A stretch of DNA of 62,274 nucleotides, counting the filler, from Basidiobolus ranarum (Eukaryota): assembly GCA_040143965.1 (NCBI GenBank). It is 5 parts of 5 records of this genome, joined end to end, with 100 filler letters (N's around TTAATTAATTAA, not from the genome) between each part and the next. Parts side by side here need not be neighbours in the genome. Positions count along the whole stretch, not along the records: positions 37,447 to 49,812 come from JASJQH010007424.1; positions 49,913 to 62,274 come from JASJQH010007425.1; 3 more parts are not named here. One strand, written 5' to 3'. The translations under genes were made by a program, and so were the position numbers. The notes below the pieces were generated by a model, which made no database searches, was not told the origin of the DNA, and saw nothing but the letters and a program-made list of their open reading frames with translations. Within the stretch, counting starts at the first letter, position 1. Each line of letters starts with the position of its first letter. Positions 40,603-52,710 of this stretch are shown here, piece by piece.

Positions 40603-42164
40603 CTATTCTATACATTGTTCAGTCTCCTTTTTTAACACTCCACGGTAAACTGTGTAGTGATGGTTTAAGGAATGATGAGTATGTATTTTGTACAGGCTCC
40701 CTAAACCACCACCTGTTGGATTCTCACAGGAATAGAATACTCTACCAATTCTAGAATGGACTAAAGCCATTGAACACCTATCGAAGACGAGAACATGGTT
40801 ATCGAAAGAAAATGAGTCTTGACGCAATTGAAACAAGCTTACATTACACACGGCTCTCGGGTAACATACAAGTCGTATTCACTACAAAGATACGGTGTTG
40901 CATCGTCTTGCTCAGCTTTACGTTTGCTGGGAACTTCAGAATCGCTATGTTTTCCTCGTCGTAATACCTCAGCTACTTGGTGAATAGCATTCATGGTAGC
41001 ATGGTTCAATGGATTCCCACTGCTCATTCGAGTGTCGTGACATTGGGTGATAATTTCTCCATTCCTTGGGTCTATCATGACTGCACCTACCGGGAACTAT
41101 AGATTTGGTGTAAGTATGGATGCTTCAATTATGAGGAAAGGATATCTTACTTCTTCTTTGTTTTTTCCTTCTTTCAACATTTCGATGGCCAAATTCATAT
41201 TTTCCTTGATTTTTAACAATTCTTCGTCGGATATCTTTGGATTTCTAACAAAAGTAGACATCTCAATGATTGCTCTACTACTTTTAAGAACTAAAATATT
41301 CTATTTTACCTATTAGCGTCTTCTCGGTAATTCAGAGGCCATAAGCGTTTCCAATCTTCGAATTGAATGCGCGTAAGAGGGGGATATTTAGATACTTGCT
41401 GGATCTTGGGTTGGATCAATTCGGACATCTTTTGCTCCTCAATAACTCTGCGTAATTCCTCTTCGTCAATCGTATCCGCTGCACATAGTAATATGTTTAA
41501 CGTAAAACCTATTATATAAAAACAGAAAGGGGACAATAAGTCACGAAATTCTTTCCTTCCATCTCTTCTCGCTTCTAATGTCAACAATTTTGCCTTAATA
41601 TACCTTCTTCATGGGTTTCCTTACGAATACGTTTAACGTGCTCTAATTTCTCTAACTGAGGTAAATATTTTTCAACGAACCTAGGGAGAATTTATAATTC
41701 GGGTAAGTACAATGTTTTGAAATTTGGTCAACTAGGGAAGAATTTATTCGCATTTCTTTTGTGAATGTGTAAGAAAAATAAAATTGATATACAATATTCG
41801 AACTCAAAAGATTCTACTCTTTGTGAAAATATCAATGTGTAGAAATACTTACTTCAAAACAACACTTGTCTGTTTAGGTTCCACACTAGAAGTATATACA
41901 TCCACTTTGAGGATAGAAAGTTTCGATATTAGAGGATTAAGGATTCAAATAGAAGAGCACAATATAAATGCGATATCGCAAAATTCAGTCAACTACATTC
42001 TCCACAAATGGATTTATATATCCGTAGATTTCTGTATATAAAAATAATCGCTCACCTGTAACCAGGCTTCTTGTCTCCTCTTCTGATAACACACGTTCCA
42101 TTTGTATATGATCGGTGTTCAAATCGGCCGTAACCTTTTGTTTATGATAAATCCATGGTACCAT
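40603..42164 (-). CDS. TAD3: tRNA adenosine-34 deaminase non-catalytic subunit Tad3/ADAT3
   Basis: Motifs: LEHVKRIRK, VSKYPPLTRIQFEDWKRLWP, PVGAVMIDP, PLNHATMNAI (no catalytic Glu), [40 protein letters not shown]. The start codon is uncertain (42164 or 42100). Confidence 0.92.
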
Positions 42165-42316
42165 CAATATGGCATACTATTTTTTTCCATACTAGTTAAA
42201 CAAAATGACCAATGGAATGCTTGAAATTTTAGCCAAGTCATATACATTTCCCCCTCAGATTTCATCCTATATTCTATGTAATACCAGAAAATCCCGCTTC
42301 AACTCTGTATAAAGAA

Positions 42317-42583
42317 ATGGACGAAGATACCAAAGGAGTGATAATACTTCTGAGCTTGGTTTGTTTCATTTTTCTGACTGGTTTGGTTTGGTGTGTCTGC
42401 TGTGGTACATGTATAGGTAGACAACTACTAAGTGAGATGGGCTTTAAAAAATGTATACCAACCTCTCATGACGACGAATGGCTACCTGTAAGCTTGGATG
42501 AATTGGAAATGGATCCTAGAATGTCGTATCCTACAAACTTTGAGTCAACATCAGATACTATAAATGGGTACTCACGAGTGTAG
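42317..42583 (+). CDS. Small single-pass membrane protein with juxtamembrane Cys cluster
   Basis: 88-aa ORF with hydrophobic GVIILLSLVCFIFLTGLVW followed by CVCCGTC, an acidic tail and a YSRV end. Confidence 0.6.
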   Translation: MDEDTKGVIILLSLVCFIFLTGLVWCVCCGTCIGRQLLSEMGFKKCIPTSHDDEWLPVSLDELEMDPRMSYPTNFESTSDTINGYSRV

Positions 42584-42834
42584 CCTACAAAGCAATTCAA
42601 TCTGGAAGAAATGTCAACCCCAGTTGCTTCCTTATAAAGTGACATTCCACTTTCAATCTCCTCTTTGTATAGAATTTATTAAATAGTCGATTGCGCCTTT
42701 GACTAAACCATCGGCGTAAAGACTTTCCCTGTTATGAAAGAGTTCTATTTTAACTGTATAAATAAATGAATTTATTATGTCTAAAGCAAAAGTACAAGCT
42801 CATTTGCATGGAGTCAGAATAAATTAAGAATTAA

Positions 42835-44502
42835 TTATTTTCTACATAGTTGGCGTAGAGTATGCAATATTGAAGTAGGCTTAAACAGTGTGGTGTGCAC
42901 ATGCTTTGATTGTATTAAACGTGGAGCGAACTTTGTAGTTACGCTAGTAGCATTGGATGCAATATGAAAATTGAAAGTATGAAGGCGACGTGATGAGTTT
43001 GAAGCAGCTCTAACTTGATTGCTTCTGGATGATGTAGTGGCACGAAAAGTAGGAGGTTGAGGACGACCCATAGTAATCTGAGTTAAAATTGAGATTAATA
43101 AACAAATACGATGCCATACTGTCACACATCAAACTTACCGGAAATAGCTTTCTATAAGGTTTGGTCATATTGAACATTTCTTCACCACTAGGGTAGATTT
43201 TGACATGGCGCCCATTCAATGTCTTGTTCAACATTCCTAGGCAGCTCAACGCCTCCTGGTGCGTATTAAATACTGCGAATCCAAATCCAGTTGATCGGTT
43301 ATTTTCATCACTGATTAGCCAGGTTTCTTTGGCCTTAAGGTTGTTGGAAGCAAACCATAACTCTAACTCCGATTGGGTGACTTTGTATGGGATTTCACTG
43401 AGATGTACGATGCGTGATTTTTCTTCAACAAAGTCGTTTAGCAAGACACCATAAGGACCTGGCCAGGAAGCCAGTTTTGCTTCATGATCTTGGAATATGT
43501 CTTTTGTACTAGGAATAACTTCAACTGCTCGGTTACGAAATGTACTTCCATTAAGCTCCAAGAACTTCAGTGCGTCTTGGTGATTCTCGAGGATAGCGAA
43601 GCCAGTACCAGTTGGTCTACGATACAAATTTCTACACATCCATATATCGTGAAAGCGAATCCCGTTCTCTTTTAACCAAGCAACAATTTCTGGATGGGAT
43701 GTTTTTATCGGAAGTCCACCAAAGAATACGTAGTTAGACTGTGAATTCAGGAAGTCGGTTCGAATCTTAGCCAAGTCGGCAGCATTTTTGAACACATCTT
43801 GATGTTGGTAACTAATCATTGATTCAATGATATTCCCTATTGTTAGGCAATCATTGATTCCGGAATGCTGTGGTTCGACTATTTGACTCTTTAACGTGTT
43901 GCACATCGTTATGAGCATAGAGTTAGAAGGTCTATGCTCTGGATGATGAGCTAGCCAATTATAAAACTCCACCTTCAGATCAAACAAGGTGCATTGTTGT
44001 AAGTATGAGGGTATTCTAAGTCCTTTGTTTTTCGCTTCTCTGGGGAACTGAATCTTGAGATCCCAGGGTCCATGCGTAACAAAGCAGAAGCTCTTTCCCT
44101 TGTCTAGAATGTTCTTCTGTATAAATTCATCCATGGTATCAACAGCATTTTGGAGAGTGCCCGCATTTTCAACCATCTCAGCAGTGATTTTAGTTAATTC
44201 AATACAGTATGGTGTTATCGGGGTGTTCTCGGGCTTACAGTAGCTTTGCTGCTTTTTAATCACATCTAAGGTTTTTGCATCATATACAACCCAAGAAAAT
44301 TCAATGATTTCCGATTTATCCTGAAAAGAAAAAATATTAGTTTGTTGAGTGCTTTAAAGATATCGTTGCTTCGAATTACTTTAGGAAATTGGATATTTGT
44401 AGGATCTTCTGGATTCTCGTCGCAAGTGGCCTCAAGATCCATGATTATCATATAATCATAGGGTATCTCAGTTTTTTTCGACGCGTGTAATCTTGAGGAC
44501 AT
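42835..44502 (-). CDS. ERI1-like DEDDh 3'-5' exonuclease fused to two RRMs (Nrp1/ESRP-like architecture)
   Basis: Exons 44502-44380, 44320-43139, 43077-42835. ExoI IIMDLEATCDE plus EIIEF, ITPYCIELTKIT, ExoII FVTHGPWDL, ExoIII HSGINDC. RRM1 VFFGGLP...TGTGFAIL...LELNG; RRM2 VHLSEIPYKVTQSELELWF...TGFGFAVF. Confidence 0.9.
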
Positions 44503-44943
44503 TTTATGTGACACTACGAAGGATCTCCAAGTTGTATCGGCGGCAAACAAAGCATCAACATCAAAAGCTAAAAGATTTTCAATTATCCATTGAGAATTAG
44601 GGTGGATAGTTATGCAACTAAATCTTCATTCAATGGATTTTTCACCTTGATTAACTTGATCATAATTGTAAGCAACATTGTACACGCATTCCCGAGTTAG
44701 GGTAGTTAAGTTCGGAATAATCTGGAGTAATTACCCATCACATTATCATTGCTTCATAATAACCTACATAGGCCTACAATGGAATGGAAGAAAAATGATA
44801 AAATAGATGCATATCTGAACATGATGACGATTGAGCGAACACTTCTATTGGCCTTTAATTATACGCTTTTACTCTCCATGCATTTGCCGATGCGCAGTTA
44901 ACACATCCGCGAGTGTTATCGATGATGCACTGTTTACAGAATG

Positions 44944-44971
44944 CTCACATCACTCACATCACTCACATCAC
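44944..44971. repeat. Short tandem repeat (CTCACATCA)x3
   Basis: Three perfect 9-mers in the intergenic region. Confidence 0.7.
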
Positions 44972-45251
44972 CCAGAATCTACTACCCCAATAAGACCCTT
45001 AATATTCTAGCATTTAAGTAGAAATAGAAATTTCTAGATATGTTTAAAAAGGAAACTATGGAAGCCAATACTAGGTTTGGCAAATAGCTACATAGTCGCG
45101 AATTGGTCAAATACTTGAATCCTACCCGGTACCTTTTTTTTCCTCAACTGGAATTTATACGCGCGCCAAGCCTTGTTAGATCTGCGTCTTTACCTCGTAA
45201 AAAACATTTCCTTAGCTGGTATTTAACCCCTCTAATAATAACTTGTGTAAT

Positions 45252-46235
45252 ATGTCGGCAAACCCATTCGATAAAAATGAATATCCCTCAGCATATCCTC
45301 CAAACCCAGTGGGTGATTCTTCTTACCCACCACAGAATTACAACTCAGATGTGAATCCTTGGTCCGCAAATCAAGCAAATGCAGGACCAGTAAATGCTTA
45401 TTCAAATGCTAATACCTCCCCTAACCCATACAGTGCTGCAGTTCCTAACCCTTATGCACAAAGTCCTACCTTCAATCCGTATCAATCTCCTACACCTACC
45501 AGAGATGTGATACCACCACAGCAAGGTGCTTACGGTGGAATGAACGCGTACGACTACAAGGAGCCAGGTTACGCCCCACACTCACCTCCTGCTCCTAAAT
45601 CTCCTGCTCCAGTTACAGCTTCTACTTTGGTATCTAAGCCTTCTGTTTCAGGTGGTGTACCAACGATTGCCACCTCAGGTTCCGCCAATCCTGTTCCCTT
45701 GGCTCCGCTTCATACTAAAGCAGCGCCGAATAAGTGGAGATTTTTGCTACGATTTGTTGGACTACTTGGTAGCATCGGGGCATTTGGTTTTAGTGTGGGT
45801 GCTGGACCTGTAAGTAACACTTTAGAGCTTTTTTATTGACTTGGTTAACTAACTGTATAATTTTCTTAGCATTCTGGGCGGCCAAACCCGTTCTCTGATA
45901 AATCTGCCATCATTTTTCTCTACATCTTGTCAGCGATTTCTATAGTGGTCCATCTCTTTTTCCTTCTGAATATGTTAAACAGAAGAGTCCGGAGTGGAGC
46001 CAAAATTCCACGCAAATGGCTTCTAGTCACCGATGTAGTATTAGCTGTCTGCTGGGGTTTTGATGTTGCATTTTTACTTGCTAAAAATCATTGTCCTATT
46101 GGTACATTGGGTGGGTGGTGTGACTTCTTTAACACCAGTATTTTCTTTGCATTTTTAGTGTTGGCAGTTACGGTTTTAGCTATTTTCTGGGATATGTACG
46201 GATGGTATGTCGAACGTAAAAACCGTCTTGCTTAA
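45252..46235 (+). CDS. Membrane protein with Pro/Asn/Tyr-rich N-terminus and four-TM MARVEL-like C-terminal domain
   Basis: Exons 45252-45809 and 45870-46235. NPF/NPW/NPY motifs, KWRFLLRFVGLL helix, four hydrophobic segments and C-x7-C (CPIGTLGGWC) before the last TM. Confidence 0.78.
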
Positions 46236-46870
46236 ATTTCACTTATATCAAAAGCGATCTTCATACCAAAATCCTTCATATATTCAGCGGTTGACGTAGA
46301 TTATGTGTCACTCCTATCTCTACCGTTAATTACCCTTTTCATTTTGCGCTTTCACCAACCCAAAGTATTTCTGTGCAGTAGTTTTGTTTTACTATTTTGT
46401 TGATCCGATCTTTCTCAATGTGTGTATATACTAATATATAAACCTGGCTATCCAGCCACAGCCCAAGAGAAATATAACTGAAATAGATAAATTAGTTTGT
46501 GTAAGAATCGTATGTAACACCACAAATACTCAATATACATGGCTCATCTACACAGTATCCCGATAATAACTTGTTTCATAGTACACAAATCAATTGGTGA
46601 TTCTAGAATATGAACAATGAACAGGTTGAAGAGAACAACACAATACTATAAGGAGTACGCCGGTGCCCACATCCTTCCCTCCCAAGATCCCCCCGGGTGG
46701 CCAAGGACTACATGCCCAAAAGATCTGGCAAAAAGTGAGTAGGGTCTGGAGATGTTTGGCTGTCTAGCTGGTATCGATTTGTAATGCAATGTAACAATTA
46801 GGGTTATTCCATCAATAGGTAGAATTTATTGTTGTCAAATTACAACATAAATGAATTTACAGGTTTGTAA

Positions 46871-47643
46871 TTAGTTAGGATCTTGCATTTCCTCCTGAAT
46901 TTCGGGTGGGAAGTTCTTGATTAGTTGTTTAATTCTTTCTTTCATCTCGTTGGTATCATTGACATTAGGGAAAGGTTCGTCAGGAATAGGTTTGCCAAGG
47001 AACTTACATAGAGGCTCCCATCCATCTTTAACTTCAAATACTAGCAGTTTATCTGCAGGAATGGTCCGTTTTACCTCTTCAACGTGTTGTTTGAAATAGT
47101 TGATAGCCCATTCTTTGTCTTCGAAACGTCCTTGGAAGCAACCGGTCGGCCCCCATGTTGATTTATCAATCATCTCTTGTACTAACTTTTGCTCGTCAGT
47201 AGCATAGCCAAGCTCAATTGCCTTATTCATAATCTTAGTTAGGCCATGGACAGTATCGTGGCAACTCTTATACCATCTCTCAGGATCTCGCACAGTCAAG
47301 ATTACTTTGGCATCAGGTGATCTCTGATAGAGGTCTTTGTACCACCAGCAAGCTGGGTTGTCTACTGTAGCATTATATCCATCAAATATCTTATCCCAGT
47401 TAGGATTTCCTAATGTTATATGTAATTTGAATGTTAAGAAGTCATCTTAGTTACTGTACAGGTAAAAATACCCTTACCTTCAGCAGCTTCAACCCAAAGA
47501 GGTGAGTATACCTCTGGCTTGGAGACGGCCACTATCATATGGTAGGTACGATATCCCAGTTTATCGAGCGCAGCTTTCAAGGACATGGTACCAGTGCGAC
47601 CGAAGCCGGCGCCTATTACTTCGAGATTACTATTATTGACCAT
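46871..47643 (-). CDS. Sulfotransferase-like P-loop protein (Sulfotransfer_4-type), paralog A
   Basis: LEVIGAGFGRTGTMSLKAALDKLGY..YHM, WDKIFDGYNATVDNP, PDAKVILTVRDPERWYKS, VKRTIPADKLLVFEVKDGWEPLCKFLGKPIPDEPFPNVN. One intron at about 47411-47477. Confidence 0.9.
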
Positions 47644-48267
47644 GTTCAAGTTTGTGATGAATATAGTCTGCGCATTAGGCCTTTAAATACTGTTGTTGCC
47701 AGTTGATGCATTAATAATAAAAGAAAGGATGTTCCTGCGTAATTTCTTCCGAGTTTATAGGCCAATCGGATCTCCAAGACAGTCTTACATACTCCCAACT
47801 TAAGGTAATAAATCCGGCTACTTTCGCACCAAGGGGTTTTCATACAATACACCACTCGTCCAACATTACAGAGAATTCAGAAACGAGGCAGTGAGGTAAA
47901 GAGTTTTGCCGGTTATGGTTCAGCATGTCTGCAGTGCCTCTAGCTTGATTGGATCGCACACACTCATGAGGACTTATGACGTTGTCTTATGGGTGACTCT
48001 GTCCACGACATTTTTGGATTTGAGTTACATTGTGCCGACTAATGAAATCATTTATAATATTAATATCTTCTATTAGTATTCCCAAGGGTTTGAGTTGGAA
48101 TTTGTAAGGATAGATGGAAATGATCGCTCCCTAGGTATGACAGGCTACTGGTATTAACAGCCTTCGACAATATCATTGATTCTTGAGCTATATATAACAC
48201 TGAAGTCGCGCTAGTTTGTATTGTAAGTTGAGCTGGTCAATAAACATTTTCCATCTACCTCTAAATC

Positions 48268-49040
48268 ATGGCTAAACCAAGTGAACTTCAAATAATTGGC
48301 GCTGGTTATTGCCGTACCGGTACCATGTCCACAAAAACTGCACTCGACAAGCTAGGCTATAACACCCATCATATGTTCGAGGTGATGAAAAACATGGAGA
48401 CCCAGGGCCCTCTTTGGCTTGATGTAGTGGCTGGTAGGTCTTGTGTACTCATCTGAATCTAAACTTGAGCTAATTATTTAACCTATGCTATATGATGAAA
48501 GGCAAGCCTGACTGGGACAAGATATTCGAAAACTACAGTGCCTCTGTTGATTGTCCGTCATTTTGGTGGTACAAAGAACTGAGCCAAAAGTACCCAGATG
48601 CCAAGATTGTCTTGACAGTAAGAGATCCTGAAAAGTGGTATCAGAGTTGTTACAATACAATATATCAACTTTACAAATGCAGTACTTTAATATGTGATGC
48701 CGATGATTTAAATCAAACCCATAAGTTGATCACAACTTTAGCAAACGAAGTCATATGGGGACCAACTGGTTGTTTCCAAGGGCGCTTCAAAGATAAAGAG
48801 TGGACTATCAACCAGTTCAAACAGCATATTGAAGAGGTAAAGCGGACCATTCCTGCAGATAAACTGCTAGTATTTGAAGTTAAAGAAGGGTGGGAGCCTT
48901 TATGTAAGTTCCTTGGCAAACCTGTTCCTGACGAACCTTTCCCTCATGTCAACGATACTAACGAGATGAAGGAACGACTTAAGCAGAGATTAACGAATTT
49001 ATCGCCTGAAATGAGAGAAGAGTTCAAAGATTGTATCTAA
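48268..49040 (+). CDS. Sulfotransferase-like P-loop protein, paralog B
   Basis: LQIIGAGYCRTGTMSTKTALDKLGY, DWDKIFENYSASVDCP, PDAKIVLTVRDPEKWYQS, GWEPLCKFLGKPVPDEPFPHVN. One intron at the position equivalent to paralog A. Confidence 0.9.
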
Positions 49041-49617
49041 TTTTATTATTGCTAAGCACCTCTTCCACCACGTTTGAATATTAATAAAATACACTTACTA
49101 ATGCAATAATGATAGTTCCTATTGGATATGTTTATAGTTTGATCTCATGACTGAAAATGTATAAATTATAATACCTTTCGACCTTGTGCTTGTTATTACT
49201 ACAAAGGTACTCATACGAATATCAGAATTAGTGCCATTATGTGGCTCAGCACATACTGGCACTACTTTGTTGTACCTGAGATTCAGTTTTATCTGCGAGA
49301 CCCTCAATGTTTCATTTCACAGCAAATAATTTCTCAATTATTGCCTTTAGTTTGAAAATGTGGAACAATGAAGGATTCGTATTTGACAGCCCATAGAAGG
49401 AATAGTTATATGCAATGATTTTTGGAAAATATCATTCTATGGAATAACACTAAATGTTTACCTTACTACTAATATCAGTGAGTACTAATCATGGTCTATT
49501 GCACTATCAGAATTTTGTCACTTCATTTCTTAATGCCAGCATTCTTTTATTTAAGTGTGCTTTTTGAGATGAATAACTCTTAAGAAATACTATGAAGACA
49601 TCGAGAATTCTAGGAAA

Positions 49618-49812
49618 TCATAGTATATCCTCAAATTCTTTCTTTATCTCAGATGGAGGGTCGACCAACAACTTCCTGGTTCTTTCTTTCATCTCGTGGG
49701 CATCGTTGACATGAGGGAAAGGTTCGTCAGGAACAGGTTTGCCAAGGAACTTACATAAAGGCTCCCACCCTTCTTTAACTTCAAATACTAGCAGTTTATC
49801 TGCAGGAATGGT
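49618..49812 (-). CDS. Sulfotransferase-like protein, paralog C (3' end only; 5' part beyond the contig end)
   Basis: TIPADKLLVFEVKEGWEPLCKFLGKPVPDEPFPHVNDAHEMKERTRKLLVDPPSEIKKEFEDIL-TGA. Not listed in the ORF track. Confidence 0.85.
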   Translation of the reverse strand, partial: TIPADKLLVFEVKEGWEPLCKFLGKPVPDEPFPHVNDAHEMKERTRKLLVDPPSEIKKEFEDIL

Positions 49813-49912
49813 NNNNNNNNNNNNNNNNNNNNNNNNNNNNNNNNNNNNNNNNNNNNTTAATTAATTAANNNNNNNNNNNNNNNNNNNNNNNNNNNNNNNN
49901 NNNNNNNNNNNN
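49813..49912. other. Artificial contig spacer
   Basis: N44-TTAATTAATTAA-N44. Confidence 0.99.
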
Positions 49913-49920
49913 CTATTATT

Positions 49921-50049
49921 TTCTGGAAAATTCTACAATCTTCCGGAACATTCCACAAGATTCTGGAATATTTGATGATTGATTGAGTTTTGACCAATCA
50001 AAACTTGATTTTGCCGGAACATTCCATGACTTTCTGGATTATTCTACAA
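49921..50049. promoter_or_regulatory. Heat-shock-element-like arrays (alternating nTTCn/nGAAn)
   Basis: TTC-tg-GAA-aa-TTC-ta-CAA-tc-TTC-cg-GAA-ca-TTC-ca-CAA-ga-TTC-tg-GAA at 49921-49968, and a second, more degenerate array at 50012-50049. Confidence 0.45.
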
Positions 50050-50126
50050 CCTTATTGTCAAAGTGAGGAGTTTTATTCTTTGAAAAGTAGTAATTCTTAC
50101 TTTGAAAATGCAAATTTCTTGTTTAG

Positions 50127-52710
50127 CTCTCCATATGGTGGTGGCCGTGGACGTGGTAGAGGAAATAAGCATTCCGGTAGTGGATCTATGCGCTCAAATA
50201 ATACTCCAGTTGAATTATCCGTAAGTACACGTTTTTTTATTAGATCCCATTGCCACTTGAGTAGATTGCTCTATACTGCACCTTCTGAGCTTCTATGTAT
50301 TGGTTGTATATTTTTCGCTCTAAATTCCAGAACATTAAACTTTTTTCTACTTGTGAATAAAAGATTACTGGTTATGAGGGAGGTACCCAAGAAGACTTGC
50401 TCGCTTTTCTTAAAAGAAAGGCACACAGACCAATTGTGATTTCTAACGTATGTAGTTCATTTTTAGTCTATTCTATTTAAGTTTTTAAATCATTTAACCG
50501 TTTGGTGTTTAGATTCGATATGAAAGTGGCACTATGTTCTTTGAAGTTGAGCATATGGGACAAGCAAAAACATTACAGAAACTCTCTGGAATTAGATTTG
50601 CTGGTTCACAGGTAAGGTGTATGTAGATCTTCCTTAGGGGTGTTCTTGGTCTAATCAATCTCTATGTTCTATAGCTTTTCATCAAGATCAAAGCAAGTAG
50701 TATGGAGACGGACTCAGGATCATCGCAAGTTGGGAGTACTATCGAGACTCTTCGTACTTTCTTAACGTCTCGCTACGTACCCGAACACAAATACTTGAAT
50801 TTAGAAAATATGGACGGTGACCCCATTATTCGACGTGCTAAGATCCGTGGTATTGGAACTGCTGGACCTAATTCCAATATAGGCCCTGCTATTTTCAAAT
50901 TGACCTCAGAAATGTTTCCTGATGTATGGTATCACAAGTACCAACCTCATGCCTTAAAGAGAAATCTGATGCTTATATACTCCTTACTTTAACCAGGTTC
51001 AATCCGTCTCATTAGCTTCCAACAGAATTAGGAACCTTTCTCCCCTAACAACGATGTCACATTTCTTGCCCCATATTCAAAATATTTCCCTCAAGGATAA
51101 TAGCATTCATCAATATCGGGATTTAGATAGCTTAAGTGGAAGCACTAAACTCAAGGAATTGAAAGAGTTAGTACTTTTGGGAAATCCTTTAAGGGATAAT
51201 GAGGTCAAGAAATCTGGGGATGATAGTAGCTACCGCAGGTGCGGCTTACTTTACATTTGTTTCATAGTTCTAAGTACTAATCTCCATCACTTGTAGCGAA
51301 ATTACGAGAAGATTTCCCTTCCTCAAAGTCCTCGATCAAATACCAGTAGGACCTACTATTCAATTCGATGTGTCAGAAGTTGAATCAGTTGCTACTGGAG
51401 ATGCTGTCTTACCAGCCCCTATTCAGAAAGGATTTGTTGACTCCGAGGGAACCAACGCCATGGTCACCGACTTTTTGACTAGGTTATTTCGCTTTGACGA
51501 ACTATTTTAATATGCTTGTAGTTTAATACTAATACCCATATTATAGATATTTCAATTTGTATGACAATAACAGACAGACGTTGTTGGATATTTATGACGA
51601 GGACTCAGTATTCTCATACATGGTGAATGTGACGTATCCTCCGCGTCAACGCCGTACGTCAACAAAGAATCTTCCAGATTGGAGTCAATACATCAGCTCT
51701 AGTCGGAATCTTAGTCGTGTTAAAGATTTAAGTATGTTTCCTTTTTTATTTTCATTATACGTGATATTCTCATGTATGTTTATGTATACTCATATTCTAA
51801 CAATATATACCTCAGCAAAAAGAACAGCATCATTAAACATCGGTGCAATTGCTATTGTCAACGCTCTAGCACAACTTCCCTCAACACAACACCCAATCCA
51901 AGATCAAAGCAAGTTTTGTTATGATACCTGGCAACTTCCACAAGTTCCTTCTGGTGCTGCTGTTATATTTATAGTTATCCATGGAGAATTCACCGAAGGT
52001 ATGGCTAGTTATAACTTTTGAAGTATTACAATATATTGACACATCATTAATCAACAGGAACGGAGGGAATCGAACGCTCATTCGATCGAACTTTTATGAT
52101 TGCTCCACCAACTCCTGGATCCAAGTGAGTTGGATGACCTTTTAGTCTTAATTGCCATCTAACTAACATCATTCAATCATTGTACCGACACATAGGGCTC
52201 ATCAATCAGGTCTTCCCTACGTCATTAGGAGTGATCAATTAAGTATTAGACATCACGTCAATTCTCAAGCATGGAAGGTTGATGTTAGCTCAGCACCTAC
52301 ACCTGCTACTATGAATCCTCTCTCTCTCCCTGCAGCACCTGCTCCTGGCGCCCCTATACAGAATATCTCTGTTGATCCTATGATGGCGGGATTGGTATAT
52401 TCATCACACGTCATATATGGAATATCGATCTGATACTAATGCATCTGGGTATATGTTTACTTTCCAGACTCCTTCACAACAAACCCAAATCGAGGAACTT
52501 CGACGAAATACTGGCCTCAATGTTCCATTCGCTATCCAATGCCTGTCTGAGAATTTATGGGACTTGGATACAGCTATCAAAGCTTTTCAGAGACTGAAGG
52601 TATGGATTCGATTGATCGGTTATGTTATTTGTGATGAGTTTGAATATTAATGTAATTGTTTTTACCAATTCTAGTCTATGAATGTTATCCCACCTGAGGC
52701 TTTCGTTTAA
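50127..52710 (+). CDS. MEX67: mRNA export receptor Mex67/NXF1 (first exon not identified)
   Basis: RG-rich start, RRM-like LQKLSGIRFAG, LRR (RYVPEHKYLNLENM, VQSVSLASNRI, ELVLLGNPLR), NTF2-like (YFNLYDNNRQTLLDIYD, IHGEFTE, RSFDRTFMIAP) and TAP-C (TGLNVPFAIQCLSENLWDLDTA...IPPEAFV-TAA). Confidence 0.93.

Noticed and set aside
40960-41010. TAD3 lacking the catalytic Glu (HAT instead of HAE) as a defect
   Set aside because: This is expected: Tad3/ADAT3 is the pseudo-catalytic subunit.
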